The translations under genes and the position numbers were made by a program. A DNA stretch of 64,000 nucleotides from positions 32,001 through 96,000 of the forward strand of contig OZ001293.3 in NCBI GenBank assembly GCA_963921275.4. The letters run 5' to 3'. This document shows positions 12,123-23,144 of this stretch, piece by piece. Under the pieces are notes generated by a model. The model did not search any database, was not told the origin of the DNA, and saw nothing but the letters and a program-made list of their open reading frames with translations. Numbering within the stretch: position 1 is the first letter of the stretch; the number at the start of each line of letters is the position of its first letter. The DNA is from an uncultured Hormoscilla sp. GTDB taxonomy: Bacteria; Cyanobacteriota; Cyanobacteriia; Cyanobacteriales; Desertifilaceae.

Positions 12123-13159
12123 TTAGCGGAAAGGAGGAGAATAAAGTAGACCCCCACGAGTCCAGAGGTCATTTTGACCCCGATCGAGCTTGAACTGGGA
12201 TTTTTGCCCTAGGTTCCGCTCGTATATTTCCCCATAGTTTCCCACATGCTTGATTATCCTGACCGTAAAATCATTTGTCAAACCCAAACCCTCTCCCAAA
12301 GCCCCTTCTACCCCCAAAAAACGCCGGATCGTCGGGTTATCCGATTGCTTCATCTGTTCTACATTAGAGCTTGTAATGCCTAACTCTTCCGCTTCAAAGC
12401 GTAGGTTGCCCACTTGACCACGTCAAACCAGGCCGAGTCATTATTCACCGTCACCGGTCCAAGAGGTTCCTTAGACATAGTCACATCCATCAGGATATGC
12501 TCCGAAGGATTGGGCAGGGTACTGCGGCGGGCGATCAATTTAGATTTATCCGATGTCATGCCCTCACAGCGCCCTTCCGCATATGCTGCATAGGCCGGGT
12601 CAGCTTTTTGAAATGTCAGGGTCTCGGCCTTTACCCCTGCTTGGCGCATCTTGTCGGTTAAGTTCAGTTCTGTAGTTGTCCCTGCTTCCACACAAACTGA
12701 TTTCCCTGCAAAATCTTTCAAAGTCCTAATCCGGCTGTTTTTGCCCACCATCATCCCCTGGCCGTCGTAGAAGGTAGTCGGCGCAAACTCCATCCCCACC
12801 GAGGTGTCTCGACTAATGGTCCAGGTAGTATTGCGAGAGAGCATATCTACTTCGCCGCCGTTCAGGGCCGTAAATCTCTCTGTCGCGTCCAGGTTCCGGT
12901 ACTCTACTGCTTCTGGGTCGTCGAACAGGGCGGCTGCCACTGCTTTACAGACATCCACATCTAAACCGGAGTATTTACCGTTCTCATCGACAAAGCTAAA
13001 TCCGGGGATACCACCGTCCACTCCACAGTTTAGCTTGCCACGGCTCTTGACTGCATCTAGGCGACTTTGTTTTTGTTGTGTGTTATCAGTCTCTGCACAG
13101 CCCATTACTGTTCCCACGGCAAGCAGGGTGGCTAGTAGCATATTTTTCCATCTTCCCAT
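12123..13159 (-). pseudogene. Amino acid ABC substrate-binding lipoprotein, paralog 2, frameshifted near 12400
   Basis: ORFs 12380-13243 and 12123-12413 are consecutive halves (..WATYAL / EAEELGIT..). Confidence 0.85.
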
Positions 13160-13316
13160 AGGTTTTTTACTCTCCTTTCTGTTACTTTCTGCGCGCGTTC
13201 CCTGGGCACATAAGCTAGAGTTGCTTCTGCGCTCCCTTATCACTCTTGATATTAGCAGGATTTGTACTGCCTATACTTTATCCCTTACCTACTATGGGAC
13301 CCTTCGTTCGCGCTGG

Positions 13317-13547
13317 TTATGTTAGGGAGTCTGCTGATAGACGTTGCTGAGCTATGTCCCGGATCAGGGATGACCTAGACTGGATGTACTTCCCGATCAG
13401 ATCCGCCTCCTCCTCGACCAGCTGATGATCTCTGCTCAGCTGCTTCACCAACCATTGCACTAAGCTAGCATCGTCCAGTTTCAGCAGCAGATGCGCTTGG
13501 CTGTTTTCGATCGCCGACCATAGCTGACGTAGCATTGTGGGAGTCAT
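13317..13547 (-). CDS. Small conserved cyanobacterial hypothetical protein
   Basis: 76-aa ORF, MTPTMLRQLWSAIE..YIQSRSSLIRDIA. Confidence 0.75.
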   Translation of the reverse strand: MTPTMLRQLWSAIENSQAHLLLKLDDASLVQWLVKQLSRDHQLVEEEADLIGKYIQSRSSLIRDIAQQRLSADSLT

Positions 13548-13838
13548 CTTCCCTCCACCTTAATCTTTCTTTTATATTTCCAGCATACATATTTGGCTTT
13601 CTATCACAATATTTTACTAAGCTATGTGACAATAAATACAAATAACTTAAAAAAAGCTATATATTTCTTTACAAAGCTGTGAGCGCCAGTGGTCAAAATT
13701 TCGTGATAATTGAGAATGGTGCCGGGGATAGAACATCAACCACTTCGATGCCTGAGGGATGCTAGCTGCTGCTGCGCCAGCGCGGCTAACGCAAAAAACC
13801 CTCAGGCATCGAACCATCAACCATACCCATATGGGAAA

Positions 13839-13911
13839 TGGAGAATACCGGACTCGAACCGGTTGCCTCTGCGGTGCGATCGCAGCGCTCTACCAACTGA
13901 GCTAATTCCCC
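13839..13911 (-). tRNA. trnA: tRNA-Ala(CGC)
   Basis: 73-nt cloverleaf GGGGAATTAGCTCAGTTGGTAGAGCG CTGCG-ATCGCAC-CGCAG ..GGTTCGAGTCC..TTCTCCA. Confidence 0.96.
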
Positions 13912-13946
13912 TTACCAGCGACCAGCACGGTGCTGTTTAATCTATT

Positions 13947-14675
13947 CTAGCACGAGCTCGGGGTTTGTGGGGGTAATTCCCCAGAAAAAATTTGTTGAAC
14001 TCGGTCTAGTTCTAATTCTATCAGACGATCGACGGTCCAGTTGGCTTGGCGCTGGAGCATGTGAAAGGGATAGGTGTTGGCCACCCCGACCACCTGCATG
14101 CCAGCACGATGGGCGGCCTCAATGCCTGCTGGGGTATCTTCGATCGCCAGACAATCTTTTACTTCTAGCCCTAGTTCCGGATGCAGTTGCTTGAGTCGTT
14201 CCACCGCTAGCAGATAACCGTCTGGTTCTGGTTTGCTCAGAGTAATGTCATCTCCAGCTACTATGACCGCAAAGTGGGGCAATAGCTCAGTTCGACTTAA
14301 CACCAGTTCTATCTCCCCATGCAATGCGCCGCTGACCACCCCCATTTTCAGCCTGGCCAGCCGTAACTTATAGATTAAATCCTCTACGCCTGGGTAGATG
14401 GGTAGTTTCTCTTGGGTTTGCAGTTGACGCTGGTATGCGATGGACTTGCGGTCTATTAGCTGCTTCAGGTAGCGGTCATTCACCACTCGGCCCCGACTCT
14501 CTAGCAGGGCCTTCAGACAGGCCCGATCGCTTCTGCCCATACATAGTTGCCGGTACTCGGCTGGATCGGGTCGCAGGTTTTCCCCCAGCAGTATTTCGTC
14601 TATGAGCTGCTGGTGGATCTCCTCGTCATTGACGATCGTGCCGTTGAAGTCAAATAAAACTGCTTTCAGTGTCAT
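13947..14675 (-). CDS. HAD-superfamily phosphatase
   Basis: Motifs LFDFNGT, SKPEPDGY and IEDTPAG. Confidence 0.9.
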   Translation of the reverse strand: MTLKAVLFDFNGTIVNDEEIHQQLIDEILLGENLRPDPAEYRQLCMGRSDRACLKALLESRGRVVNDRYLKQLIDRKSIAYQRQLQTQEKLPIYPGVEDLIYKLRLARLKMGVVSGALHGEIELVLSRTELLPHFAVIVAGDDITLSKPEPDGYLLAVERLKQLHPELGLEVKDCLAIEDTPAGIEAAHRAGMQVVGVANTYPFHMLQRQANWTVDRLIELELDRVQQIFSGELPPQTPSSC

Positions 14676-14684
14676 ACCAGGATT

Positions 14685-15551
14685 TTAAACTGCTGGTGCG
14701 GGTACACCTTGATAATTGACAGTATAATTCATGGCCGCCTCCGAGTCTACTTTGGGTTTCGCGCCGGATGTCACTTGATGCAGCCACCACACCTCTTGGG
14801 TGTCCAGGGCCTCAAACCCCACTGCTCCCATCCAGGCGTCTAGGTTCCCGGCTACATAGGCTTTGATGTAGGGTTCTTCAAATATCTCTGTAATCCATTC
14901 TGCCTCACGTAGGTTTTTCTGGTTGCCATCGCCAACAAGCATTTGTCCGCCAGTACTCAGTAGCCGGAAGGCTTCCCGTAAGATGGCTTTGGTTACTGCT
15001 GGGGGGGTTTCGTGAAATAATAGGGAAGCGGTGACTAGGTCGAAAGCCCGATCGGGAAAACCCGTCTCTTCTGCTTTACCGTGACGCCAGGAGATTTGCA
15101 ACCCAGCTTTGTTTGCTTTGTGTTCTGCTACCAATAGCATCTGGGGGGACAGGTCTAAACCGATGACTTCCGCTTCGGGAAATGCTTGCTTTAACATGAT
15201 GGTTGTCGAACCGGTGCCGCATCCGAGGTCGAGAATGCGGCGCGGTTGACAGATAATGGCGTCGAGTAAGCTTTCCCTGATCCAAGTTTCGTTGGGTGGT
15301 AGGGCGTACTGGGTGATAGGATCGTAGGTTACGGCGGCCTCGACGGTGAGGTATCCGCCTTCAATGCCGTGGAAGTTTTGACTTGAGTAGTATTCTGGGT
15401 AGGTGAGAGTGGGGTTGGCGAGCCTGATGCACTCTCGTTCCCAATCTATGCTATTGCGAAACTGCTGTATCTGCTCGGCATTGAGCAATAGCCCAGCTAA
15501 GGGCGCGAGATACTTTTCCCATATCGTTTCAGTACCTGTGGCCATAGTCAA
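14685..15551 (-). CDS. Class I SAM-dependent methyltransferase
   Basis: Motifs ILDLGCGTG and FDLVTASLLFHE. Confidence 0.9.
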   Translation of the reverse strand: MTMATGTETIWEKYLAPLAGLLLNAEQIQQFRNSIDWERECIRLANPTLTYPEYYSSQNFHGIEGGYLTVEAAVTYDPITQYALPPNETWIRESLLDAIICQPRRILDLGCGTGSTTIMLKQAFPEAEVIGLDLSPQMLLVAEHKANKAGLQISWRHGKAEETGFPDRAFDLVTASLLFHETPPAVTKAILREAFRLLSTGGQMLVGDGNQKNLREAEWITEIFEEPYIKAYVAGNLDAWMGAVGFEALDTQEVWWLHQVTSGAKPKVDSEAAMNYTVNYQGVPAPAV

Positions 15552-15855
15552 CTACCTGCTTCCTCTTGATATCATTGGTATTCGATCGCCCCTCGTTATT
15601 CTATTATAGTGCTATCTGCAAGTGTCACCGTGCCCATCTGTGCGCAACTAAAACATCTGTCGGCAATAGCGATAAGTGCATAGACACAATGATTTTTATA
15701 TAAGGGCCTCACTGAGTCAGGCGTGATGAGTGAATTCGATATCAAAATCGCGATCGCTCAACTACTTACTATAACACTTACCATAATGTTTATATCAAGT
15801 CTGGGCAATGACTCACAACATTTGGGCCTCGGACTTGCACCGACAAGGAAGAAAT

Positions 15856-16160
15856 GAAGAGTGGGCGTTTTCGTGCGGAGACCCAACCTACAACTTGGCT
15901 TAGTGGAATGCGAAACGAAGAGTGGGCGTTGGGTTTCGTGCGGAGACCCAACCTACAACTTGGGAGTGACCGGTGCTGATTGTCGGCCTCTACCCAACCT
16001 ACAACTTGGGAGTGGCCGGTGCTGATTGTCGGCTTTTACGGTTATTTACGTATAAGTATGTTCTTGAAGTATCTGGTTTAAAATGGCGCTTCTGACCCCT
16101 TTTAGGGGATATAGGTGGGATATAGGTGGGATATAGGTGGGCTTTAGGTGGGACTTAAAG
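15856..16160. repeat. Cluster of short direct/tandem repeats (ACCCAACCTACAACTTGG x3; GGGATATAGGT units)
   Basis: Read directly from the sequence. Confidence 0.75.
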
Positions 16161-17978
16161 GGATGCTGGGGCGCGGGGAGTTGATGCAGTTTGGGAAATT
16201 TTTAAAGGAGATCCTATCTGGCGGTGTTTGCTTCTAGTACAGCCGGTGATTGATGAGGCTTTGGTTCGGTGCCAGTCTGTTCTGAGTATGCTTAATGACC
16301 GGCGATAGGTCTCAAGTTTGATGACTACTTTGGGACGCTCTTTTTTATTTGTCCGTTCGGGAACGGGAGTAGGGAGTAGGTCTCACTTAGCTCTACCCAA
16401 CCTAGGGGTTACCTTCCTAGGTGGGTGCTGGTGGCATTGGGAGCAAAACTCTCCTGGCGAGATGGAAGTCCCGAGTCAGGAGCGCTAGTGCGGGTGCAGA
16501 TCTATTGCCCGGCCTATGTCATGAGAATTTTTGCTATCTCTGCGGTCTGAAAATTGCTATCTCTGCGGTATGAAAAAAATGTCAGAAAAGCTAGGGGCAT
16601 AACGTCTAGTATGAGAAGGCATTTGCTGTGGCTCTTTCGAGCAGATTTGGCCGAGCGCATTTTTGGCGTCGGCCCCTACTGGCCATAAGGGAAATACATA
16701 TACATAGTGTTTTGGCAAAACTCAGTTGACTACGATGGTTATCAGGTGACTACGATGGTTACAGCTAGTGAAGGTGGTTTGACACAGCAGCGAAAGTCCA
16801 ATATAATCTCTCAGTTTTGGTCTATATGGCTGGACTATGAAGACAAGCTTTATCGCTGCTGTCTCAGGTTGATGAACTGGAACATAACGGAGGCGGAAGA
16901 TGCTCTGAGTCAGGCAAAGATCAAGGGTTGGGAAAATGTGCAAAAGTTTGCTGGCCAGATCTCAAACTTAAAAGCTTGGCTGATGCAGTTGACGAGCAAC
17001 CTCTGCAAAGATATCATCGGCAAACGCTCTCGGGGCCCGGCGGCGGTAGAGGATATTGAATGGGTGGGGGATAATGGAGTTCTGTGTACGGCCTCTGGGG
17101 TGGCGACGCCCATGATGGTGCTGGAGATGTCCGATACGTATGTGGCGATCCGACGGGCAGTAGCATCGTTACCCCAAGGGCAGCGGGATACTTTTGTTTT
17201 ACATTATTATGAAGGGCTTAAGCATAAAGAAATTGCTCAACGGCTAGGGATATCCTACGATAGCGTCTGCAAACGGATATCTTTGGCACGCCAACAGTTG
17301 AAGACGAAGTTGAGGGGCTATTTTTGTGAGGAAGAGGATCTGAAAACGGCCTTGGAGCTTTGGCTCCCAAAATATCCTACCCCACAGGGGAGAGTAGAAA
17401 AGCGGAAGATAGGATCCCCAGTGGAGAAGGGGAAGGAGTTGGCTACTGTTGAGACTGCAAGAGTGTGCGTGGTAGGGGAAGGGTTAACGGACTTTAAGGA
17501 TGGCGCAGTGGAGCATCCTGCTGATGTGGGGAGCGTTCCCAGGCGGGAACGAGGTGGTGTCTGTGAAGAACTTGCCAAGTTATCGACACCGAAGGACTGT
17601 GCCCCTGTGGTAGGGGAGAATATACTCTCAAATGATACTCAGGGGATGGTGAGTGCTTCTGTATCGGCTGCAAGTACCTGTACGGCTGAGGATGTGAAGG
17701 GTGTTGTGCCGGTTATAGTCGAGCAGAAGAGATCGCAAGTATGTACTATGTTGTCCGGGCGATCGCCCTGTGTGACCCCTGTGGGGAGCAGTTCGACTTC
17801 GCTCACCGCTAGTGGGGAACAGATGTTGTGTTCTCCACTCGGTGGGGAAAGGGCAACTGTATCGACAGCTCCGGAGTGGGTGTTGATAACTAAAGTATGA
17901 TTTCCAGGAATTTTATATATTTTTCCGGAAATATATTCTCGCGCGTGGTATAATATTGATAGTGCAAACAAAAACATC

Positions 17979-18566
17979 ATGAGATATGCCACACCGAGAG
18001 AAGCGTCACAAGTCCTTCAGGTCTCGGAAAAAACACTCCGAAACTGGGATAGAGACGGAAAAATACAGACAATTAGAACTCCCGCTGGTCATCGACGATA
18101 CGACATCGACTCCGTCATTAATCCAGACGGCTCCCCAAGAATCAGAATCCTCTACGCCAGAGTCAGTTCATATAAGCAAAAGTCAGACCTTGAACGGCAA
18201 GCCGACTATTTGCAATCCTTGTTCACAGACGGAAAACTTGTCAAGGAAATCGGATCAGGACTCAACTACAAACGCAAAGGGTTTTTATCCATTCTGGGAC
18301 AAGTCATGTCAGGAGATGTCAAAGAAGTTGTGGTCTGCCACAAAGACAGACTTGTCAGGTTTGGACTTGACCTTATCGAGTGGCTCTGTCAACAAAAAGA
18401 TTGCCAACTCGTGGTTCTCAACCGAAGTGACCTATCTCCAGAACGAGAAATGGTTGAGGATATCCTTGCCATCGTCCATGTCTTCAGTTGCAGACTCTAT
18501 GGACTCAGGAAGTACAAATCTGCTATCAAAGAAGATTCGAGTTTACCCAGAAACGGCATTAGCTAA
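17979..18566 (+). CDS. tnpA: IS607 TnpA (MerR-type HTH plus serine recombinase)
   Basis: Motifs TLRNWD, RTPAGHRRY, YARVSS, EIGSGLN and DRLVRFG. Confidence 0.93.
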   Translation: MRYATPREASQVLQVSEKTLRNWDRDGKIQTIRTPAGHRRYDIDSVINPDGSPRIRILYARVSSYKQKSDLERQADYLQSLFTDGKLVKEIGSGLNYKRKGFLSILGQVMSGDVKEVVVCHKDRLVRFGLDLIEWLCQQKDCQLVVLNRSDLSPEREMVEDILAIVHVFSCRLYGLRKYKSAIKEDSSLPRNGIS

Positions 18567-19677
18567 AACCTGGTTTCAATGGATATCAGCAGCCAGATGG
18601 TGCTTCAATCAAGCCATTGCTATACTCAAAAATCAGAAGATTGGCAAATATGACCTACGCAAAACGGTCATGGATATGGCTCCATCTTGGGTAAGTCAAA
18701 CCCCATATAGCCCACGCCAATTGGCAATATTTCAGGCTTATGAGGCACACAAAGCAGCAAGAAAATCAGGAGGAGATGCTAAATTTCGCTCAGTACGTGA
18801 ATCTGTTAAGTCTATCCGGTTTCAGAAAAATAACTGGAAAAAAGGAAATTTTTATCCAACACAGACCAAAGGATTAAGGTTCAAAGCAAGTGAGCCAATT
18901 ATAGACAAAATGCACCATGAGCCTACATTGGTACTAGACAGAGGACGTTGGTTTATCTGTTATGCCATAGACGTGCCTAAACTGGAACCATTAAACAGTG
19001 AGCTAGCCATCGCCCTTGATCCAGGTGTCAGGACATTTCTAACTGGGTTTGACGGTCAAGAAATTTGGGAGGTTGGCAAGTCTGATATGGGTCGTATCTA
19101 TCGGTTAGCCAGTCATCTCGATCGGCTAATGTCTCGAATCGGCTTATCTAAAGAACGCCAATTTAAGCGGCTACGGCACTGCCTGCGAAAGGCGGCACAA
19201 AAGATTCGGGTTAAGATTCGTAACTTGGTTGATGAACTGCATAAGAAAGCAGCCAACTATCTATGCACCAAGTACAAAGTCATATTTTTGCCTACATTTG
19301 AGGTTAAAAATATGGTCAAACGAGGCAAGCGACGGTTGTCAACTAAGACAGCACGTAAAATGGTTACATGGTCTCATTACCGTTTTAAGCAAACGTTGAA
19401 GCATCAAGCAGCTAAATACGGCTGTGTTGTAGTAGACGTGACGGAAGAGTACACCAGCAAAACTTGCTCAAAATGTGGGCACATTCACATAAAGTTAGGA
19501 GGCAACAAACGATTTATTTGTCCCTCATGTGGTCACACTATTAGTCGTGATATTAATGGCGCTTTCAACATTTTGTTGAAGGCTTTGAGAGATACCTCCG
19601 CATCTGGCCTGATAGCTTCATTCCAGATTGTGCCATACTCAGAAATTTCCGGCAATTACAAGATTTTTTCGGGTTAA
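17986..19677 (+). CDS. tnpB: TnpB RNA-guided nuclease, rearranged-RuvC (pro-Fanzor-like) type; true start uncertain
   Basis: Motifs ALDPGVRTF, VIFLPTF, VTEEYTSKTCSKCG, CPSCG and RDINGAFNI. Confidence 0.9.
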   Translation: MPHREKRHKSFRSRKKHSETGIETEKYRQLELPLVIDDTTSTPSLIQTAPQESESSTPESVHISKSQTLNGKPTICNPCSQTENLSRKSDQDSTTNAKGFYPFWDKSCQEMSKKLWSATKTDLSGLDLTLSSGSVNKKIANSWFSTEVTYLQNEKWLRISLPSSMSSVADSMDSGSTNLLSKKIRVYPETALAKTWFQWISAARWCFNQAIAILKNQKIGKYDLRKTVMDMAPSWVSQTPYSPRQLAIFQAYEAHKAARKSGGDAKFRSVRESVKSIRFQKNNWKKGNFYPTQTKGLRFKASEPIIDKMHHEPTLVLDRGRWFICYAIDVPKLEPLNSELAIALDPGVRTFLTGFDGQEIWEVGKSDMGRIYRLASHLDRLMSRIGLSKERQFKRLRHCLRKAAQKIRVKIRNLVDELHKKAANYLCTKYKVIFLPTFEVKNMVKRGKRRLSTKTARKMVTWSHYRFKQTLKHQAAKYGCVVVDVTEEYTSKTCSKCGHIHIKLGGNKRFICPSCGHTISRDINGAFNILLKALRDTSASGLIASFQIVPYSEISGNYKIFSG

Positions 19678-20824
19678 ATGTATCTGCAAGTATTGGATAT
19701 AGTTGGTAAAAATATTTTGGATGTAAGTGAGAAGGGGTCCGCCCGATCGCCTTTTCAAGCCCCACTAGGTATAGTAGAAATGCAGAGGCTCCTGTTGGGT
19801 GAAGAACTCAATGAGGAGACGCTGACTGTAAGGGCTGCAAGGGCGATCGCGCCTGTGGCTGTTCGACTTCGCTCACCGCAAGCTGTGGAGGAAAAACCCG
19901 ACGATGTCAGGACTGTTGTGCGGGTTAATGTGGAGCAGAAGTTATCGGATGTACGTTCTCAGTTAAGAGCCCGATCGCAGGAGCAGACCCCTGTGGCCAG
20001 TGGGGAAAAGCAGTTGTGTTCTCAACTCGGTCGGGAGACAGCAACTGTATCGACAGCGATAGAGTGCGTACCAGTGGTAGTTCGACTTCGCTCACCGCAA
20101 GCAGCGGAAGCAAAACAGGATAAGTGCTGTTGTGCAGTGGAGCCAAAGGATATAATTGGTCAAAATATAATGGAAGTAAGTGAGAATGGGTCCGCCCGAT
20201 CGCCCGGGGGAACGGCTTCGGCAGCAAGTGCGCTCGCGCCTGTGGTTGTGGAGGAAAAACCCGACGATGTCAGGACTGTTGTGCGGAGCAGAAGTTATCG
20301 GATGTACATTCAAGAGGCCGATCTCCCTGCATCCGCCAACGTTCTCGGGGGGGCGTTGCACAATTACGGGATGATGGGCCTAGTTGCAGAAGTCTTAAAC
20401 CTAGACTACAAGCCAGTTTCAGTTATGTACAAAAAATGGAATCATCCCCAAAATGTGCAACGCCCTCGGGGGGCTGTCGGTGTTGATGATATAGAGTGGG
20501 TTGGTGATACCGGGGAAATGGGGGTGGCGTCGGCGGTGGAGTTGCCGGAGATGGTTCTGGAGAGGGATGAGAGGTCGGTGGTTATTCGACGGGCGATCGC
20601 TTCCTTAGCGGAACGGATGCGGGAAACTTTTATTTGACATTTTTATGAGGAGCTTACCCATACGGAAATTGTGGAACGGCAAGGGAAATCATACGAAAGA
20701 TTCGGTTGGCCCATCACCATGACACAAAAAGTTAAGGAAAAAAGAGAAAAAGAAGTCAGAAAAAAAGAAGAAAAAGCGTCTAATGTTCAAAGCCAATTCA
20801 AAGAAATAATAGAGTAAGTGAAAA

Positions 20825-21303
20825 ATGGTAGACAGACAGAAGATTGATATTATGTTCCTGACGGATGCGACAGGAAGCATGTCGCAGCGATGAGTAACGT
20901 GAAGGCTGACATGGTCAGTGAATATAAAGTGTTTGTACAAGAACTGGAAGATGTGTGGGATGTGAGGATAGGATTAACATGGTATCGCGATCTAACAGAT
21001 AACGCAGATGTATTCGATCTAGCCCTACCAATTACAGATAATACGACCAAAATCCAAGAAAAAATCGATGAATTGGTGGCGTCGGGAGGAGGTGATAATG
21101 ATGAGGCGCAATTGCTTGCACTACACGAAATCCCAAAAGCAGCAATTTTAGGAGGATGGCGTTCTGGATCGAACCGATATATAGCCTGGTATGGAGATCA
21201 GCCCGGACACGATCCGGTAGGTTATAACGATCATACAGTGACCTTGGCCCAAGTGAAAGAGGAATTGAAAGACAAATGTTCGGCAGGAAGGTGTAGTCCA
21301 TGA
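20825..21303 (+). pseudogene. von Willebrand factor A domain protein, frameshifted and truncated
   Basis: MVDRQKIDIMFLTDATGSMS, then a shifted frame ..GGGDNDEA..WRSGSNRYIAWYGDQPGH. Confidence 0.75.
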
Positions 21304-21647
21304 AATGTACGAAAAAATCAGGGAAACAATTTAGTGTTACCTGATGGAGACGGCAGCCCAGGGGTAGTATGGTAACGGCGTGATCGCTCCCTCCCCCAAC
21401 TCAACCCTCAAAACTCCACTTCTAGCCCATATTAACAAAACAAAGGCGATCGCATTGGGGAATGCGATCGCCGAATGCAGAGGAAAAGGGGCGATCCCAG
21501 GAAAGAGAACCAAGCGCCTTGGGGAAGAGAGGGAATGGAGCGATCGCCTCTTCCCCAACCCTTCCTAACTCAACTCTCTGAACTCCACTCCTAACCCATA
21601 TCAACCAACGGCGAGTCGCATTCCCCATGCGACTCGCCGTCGCACAT

Positions 21648-21988
21648 TTAGCAATTGCTCATTGGTGGTTCAAGATCCCAGGGAGGGGCGATCGTCGCCG
21701 GTGCCCCTTCCAGACAACGGACGGTCACCTCTGCCAAGGTCTCGATCCAAACCGTCCCGCCGCAACGGCTTGTCGGGCCGATACACGACGCGACAGGGTC
21801 CGTGAATTTCCGCCTCGTGACCGGAAGCCCGATTTTTCTGAGGTTTGTAGTGAGGACGGAAGTCCTCACTACAAACCTCAGTTCGCGATTCCCCCGCTGC
21901 ACCGAGACCACCGGTTTTTCGGTGGTCTGGTGCTATGGTTGTAACCGATGCTGTGGCGGTTGATGTGAACTGTAAGCAATTCAAGCAT
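21648..21988 (-). pseudogene. Decayed phage-type small hypothetical gene, interrupted by a hairpin repeat
   Basis: Pieces across frames: MLELLTVHINRHSI / PVVSVQRG / GHEAEIHGPCRVVYRPDKPL / CGGTVWIETLAEV. Confidence 0.6.
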
Positions 21989-22236
21989 TCTCTCATTGCT
22001 TTATTCTGGCATTGGGAAAGTCCCCCATGAACTTGGATCGCAGCGGATCTGCTCGTGCAATTTAAGTGCACGACAGCTATGAACTCTCCGGGACGATCGC
22101 AACAGTCGATCGCTCCGGAGGCATGGCGACTGCGCCAATAAAACTATGGTGACAATCGCAATAGTTGATCGCCAGGTGTGAGAAGTTCGCTTCACCGCTG
22201 ACCGCCGCTGGCGATGGCGGGTGCGATCGCGATATA

Positions 22237-23012
22237 TCAGTTAATCGTATCGGGATCTATTCCCAGAGCCTGTAAGTATTGCGCTAATTGTTCGGCACGT
22301 TGAATTGCGGCCTCAGCACGTTGACGTTCTGCATTTATTTGCCGTTCGAGTTCTTCTAGTTCTTGTCGCAGTCTGAGTTCCTCTCGGACCAAATAGTCTA
22401 CATCCGGCTGATCTAGTATTCGAGCTACCGGTAAAATCAATCCCGGAAATTGCGCGCTATTGACTTCATCTCCCGGCAAAAAATCCCGCTCTGCGTAACT
22501 CGATTCTCCGGAAATTTTACTACACAACCGCACCCGGGACCGCTCGGAGTCTACGATCCAATACTCCGGAATATCGAGGCGTGAGTATTCATTTCGTTTG
22601 GTTGAGTAGTCCTCGCGCCAATTTTGACTTGTCACTTCTACTACTAAGAGGGGTTTTTGTCAAAGTTCAGCACTGCTGCGCCTTTGCGATCGCTGCGCGA
22701 AAAATCGCAAACATTTTTTTAAAAACTTTGATGACAAACGACTACATCTGGTATTCTCGATGTATTTTCTTCCGTTCTCACTCCCGTCAAGTCTATCGCT
22801 ACCAAGTTCAAGTTTTCTGATACCAAGTAGCGCAGAAACTCGACGGTTAAAAATTTACTTATTAGGTTATGTAAACCTGTCGTTGTTGGCATTTCGATCA
22901 ATTGACCGCGATAGAGTTCGTACAGCACACCCGGTTCTCCGGAATACTCTAGGTATTCAGCAAAGCTCAGGGTCTTTTGAGAAATATTAACATCAACCGT
23001 CGAACCTACCAT
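22237..23012 (-). pseudogene. Uma2 (DUF820) family endonuclease, frameshifted
   Basis: YELYRGQLIEMP..RIPDVVV / PLLVVEVTS..DYSTKRNEY..IPEYWIVD. Confidence 0.85.
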
Positions 23013-23144
23013 ATTTTTTCCCTCACATCAACGCTCCGATATTAGCACGGAATTTGCAGTCTTGCACCAGTGGGTAAAGAGGGCGATCGCGCAGCAGTTG
23101 GCAAGAAACCGGGTTTCTATTATCACTTTTCGGCGATCGCCGGT

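Larger units (their letters stand above)
17886..19695 (+). mobile_element. IS607-family insertion sequence
   Basis: Serine-recombinase tnpA plus tnpB, no TIR. Removal restores GTGTTG|GATATA and the host reading frame; ends are ambiguous by the TTG shared at both junctions. Confidence 0.88.
16707..20700 (+). pseudogene. Long ECF-type sigma-70 protein with two sigma region-4 modules and a repetitive linker, split by IS607
   Basis: Region 2 (AEDALSQA..KAWLMQLTSNLC) and region 4 (LPQGQRDTFVLHYYEGL..EIAQRLGIS) are present. 16707-17885 joins 19696-20637 in frame. The second region 4 (LAERMRETFI*HFYEELTHTEI) has an internal stop. Confidence 0.8.

Noticed and set aside
17886..17978. IStron (group I intron fused to IS607)
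   Set aside because: Only about 93 bp precede tnpA, too short for a group I core.
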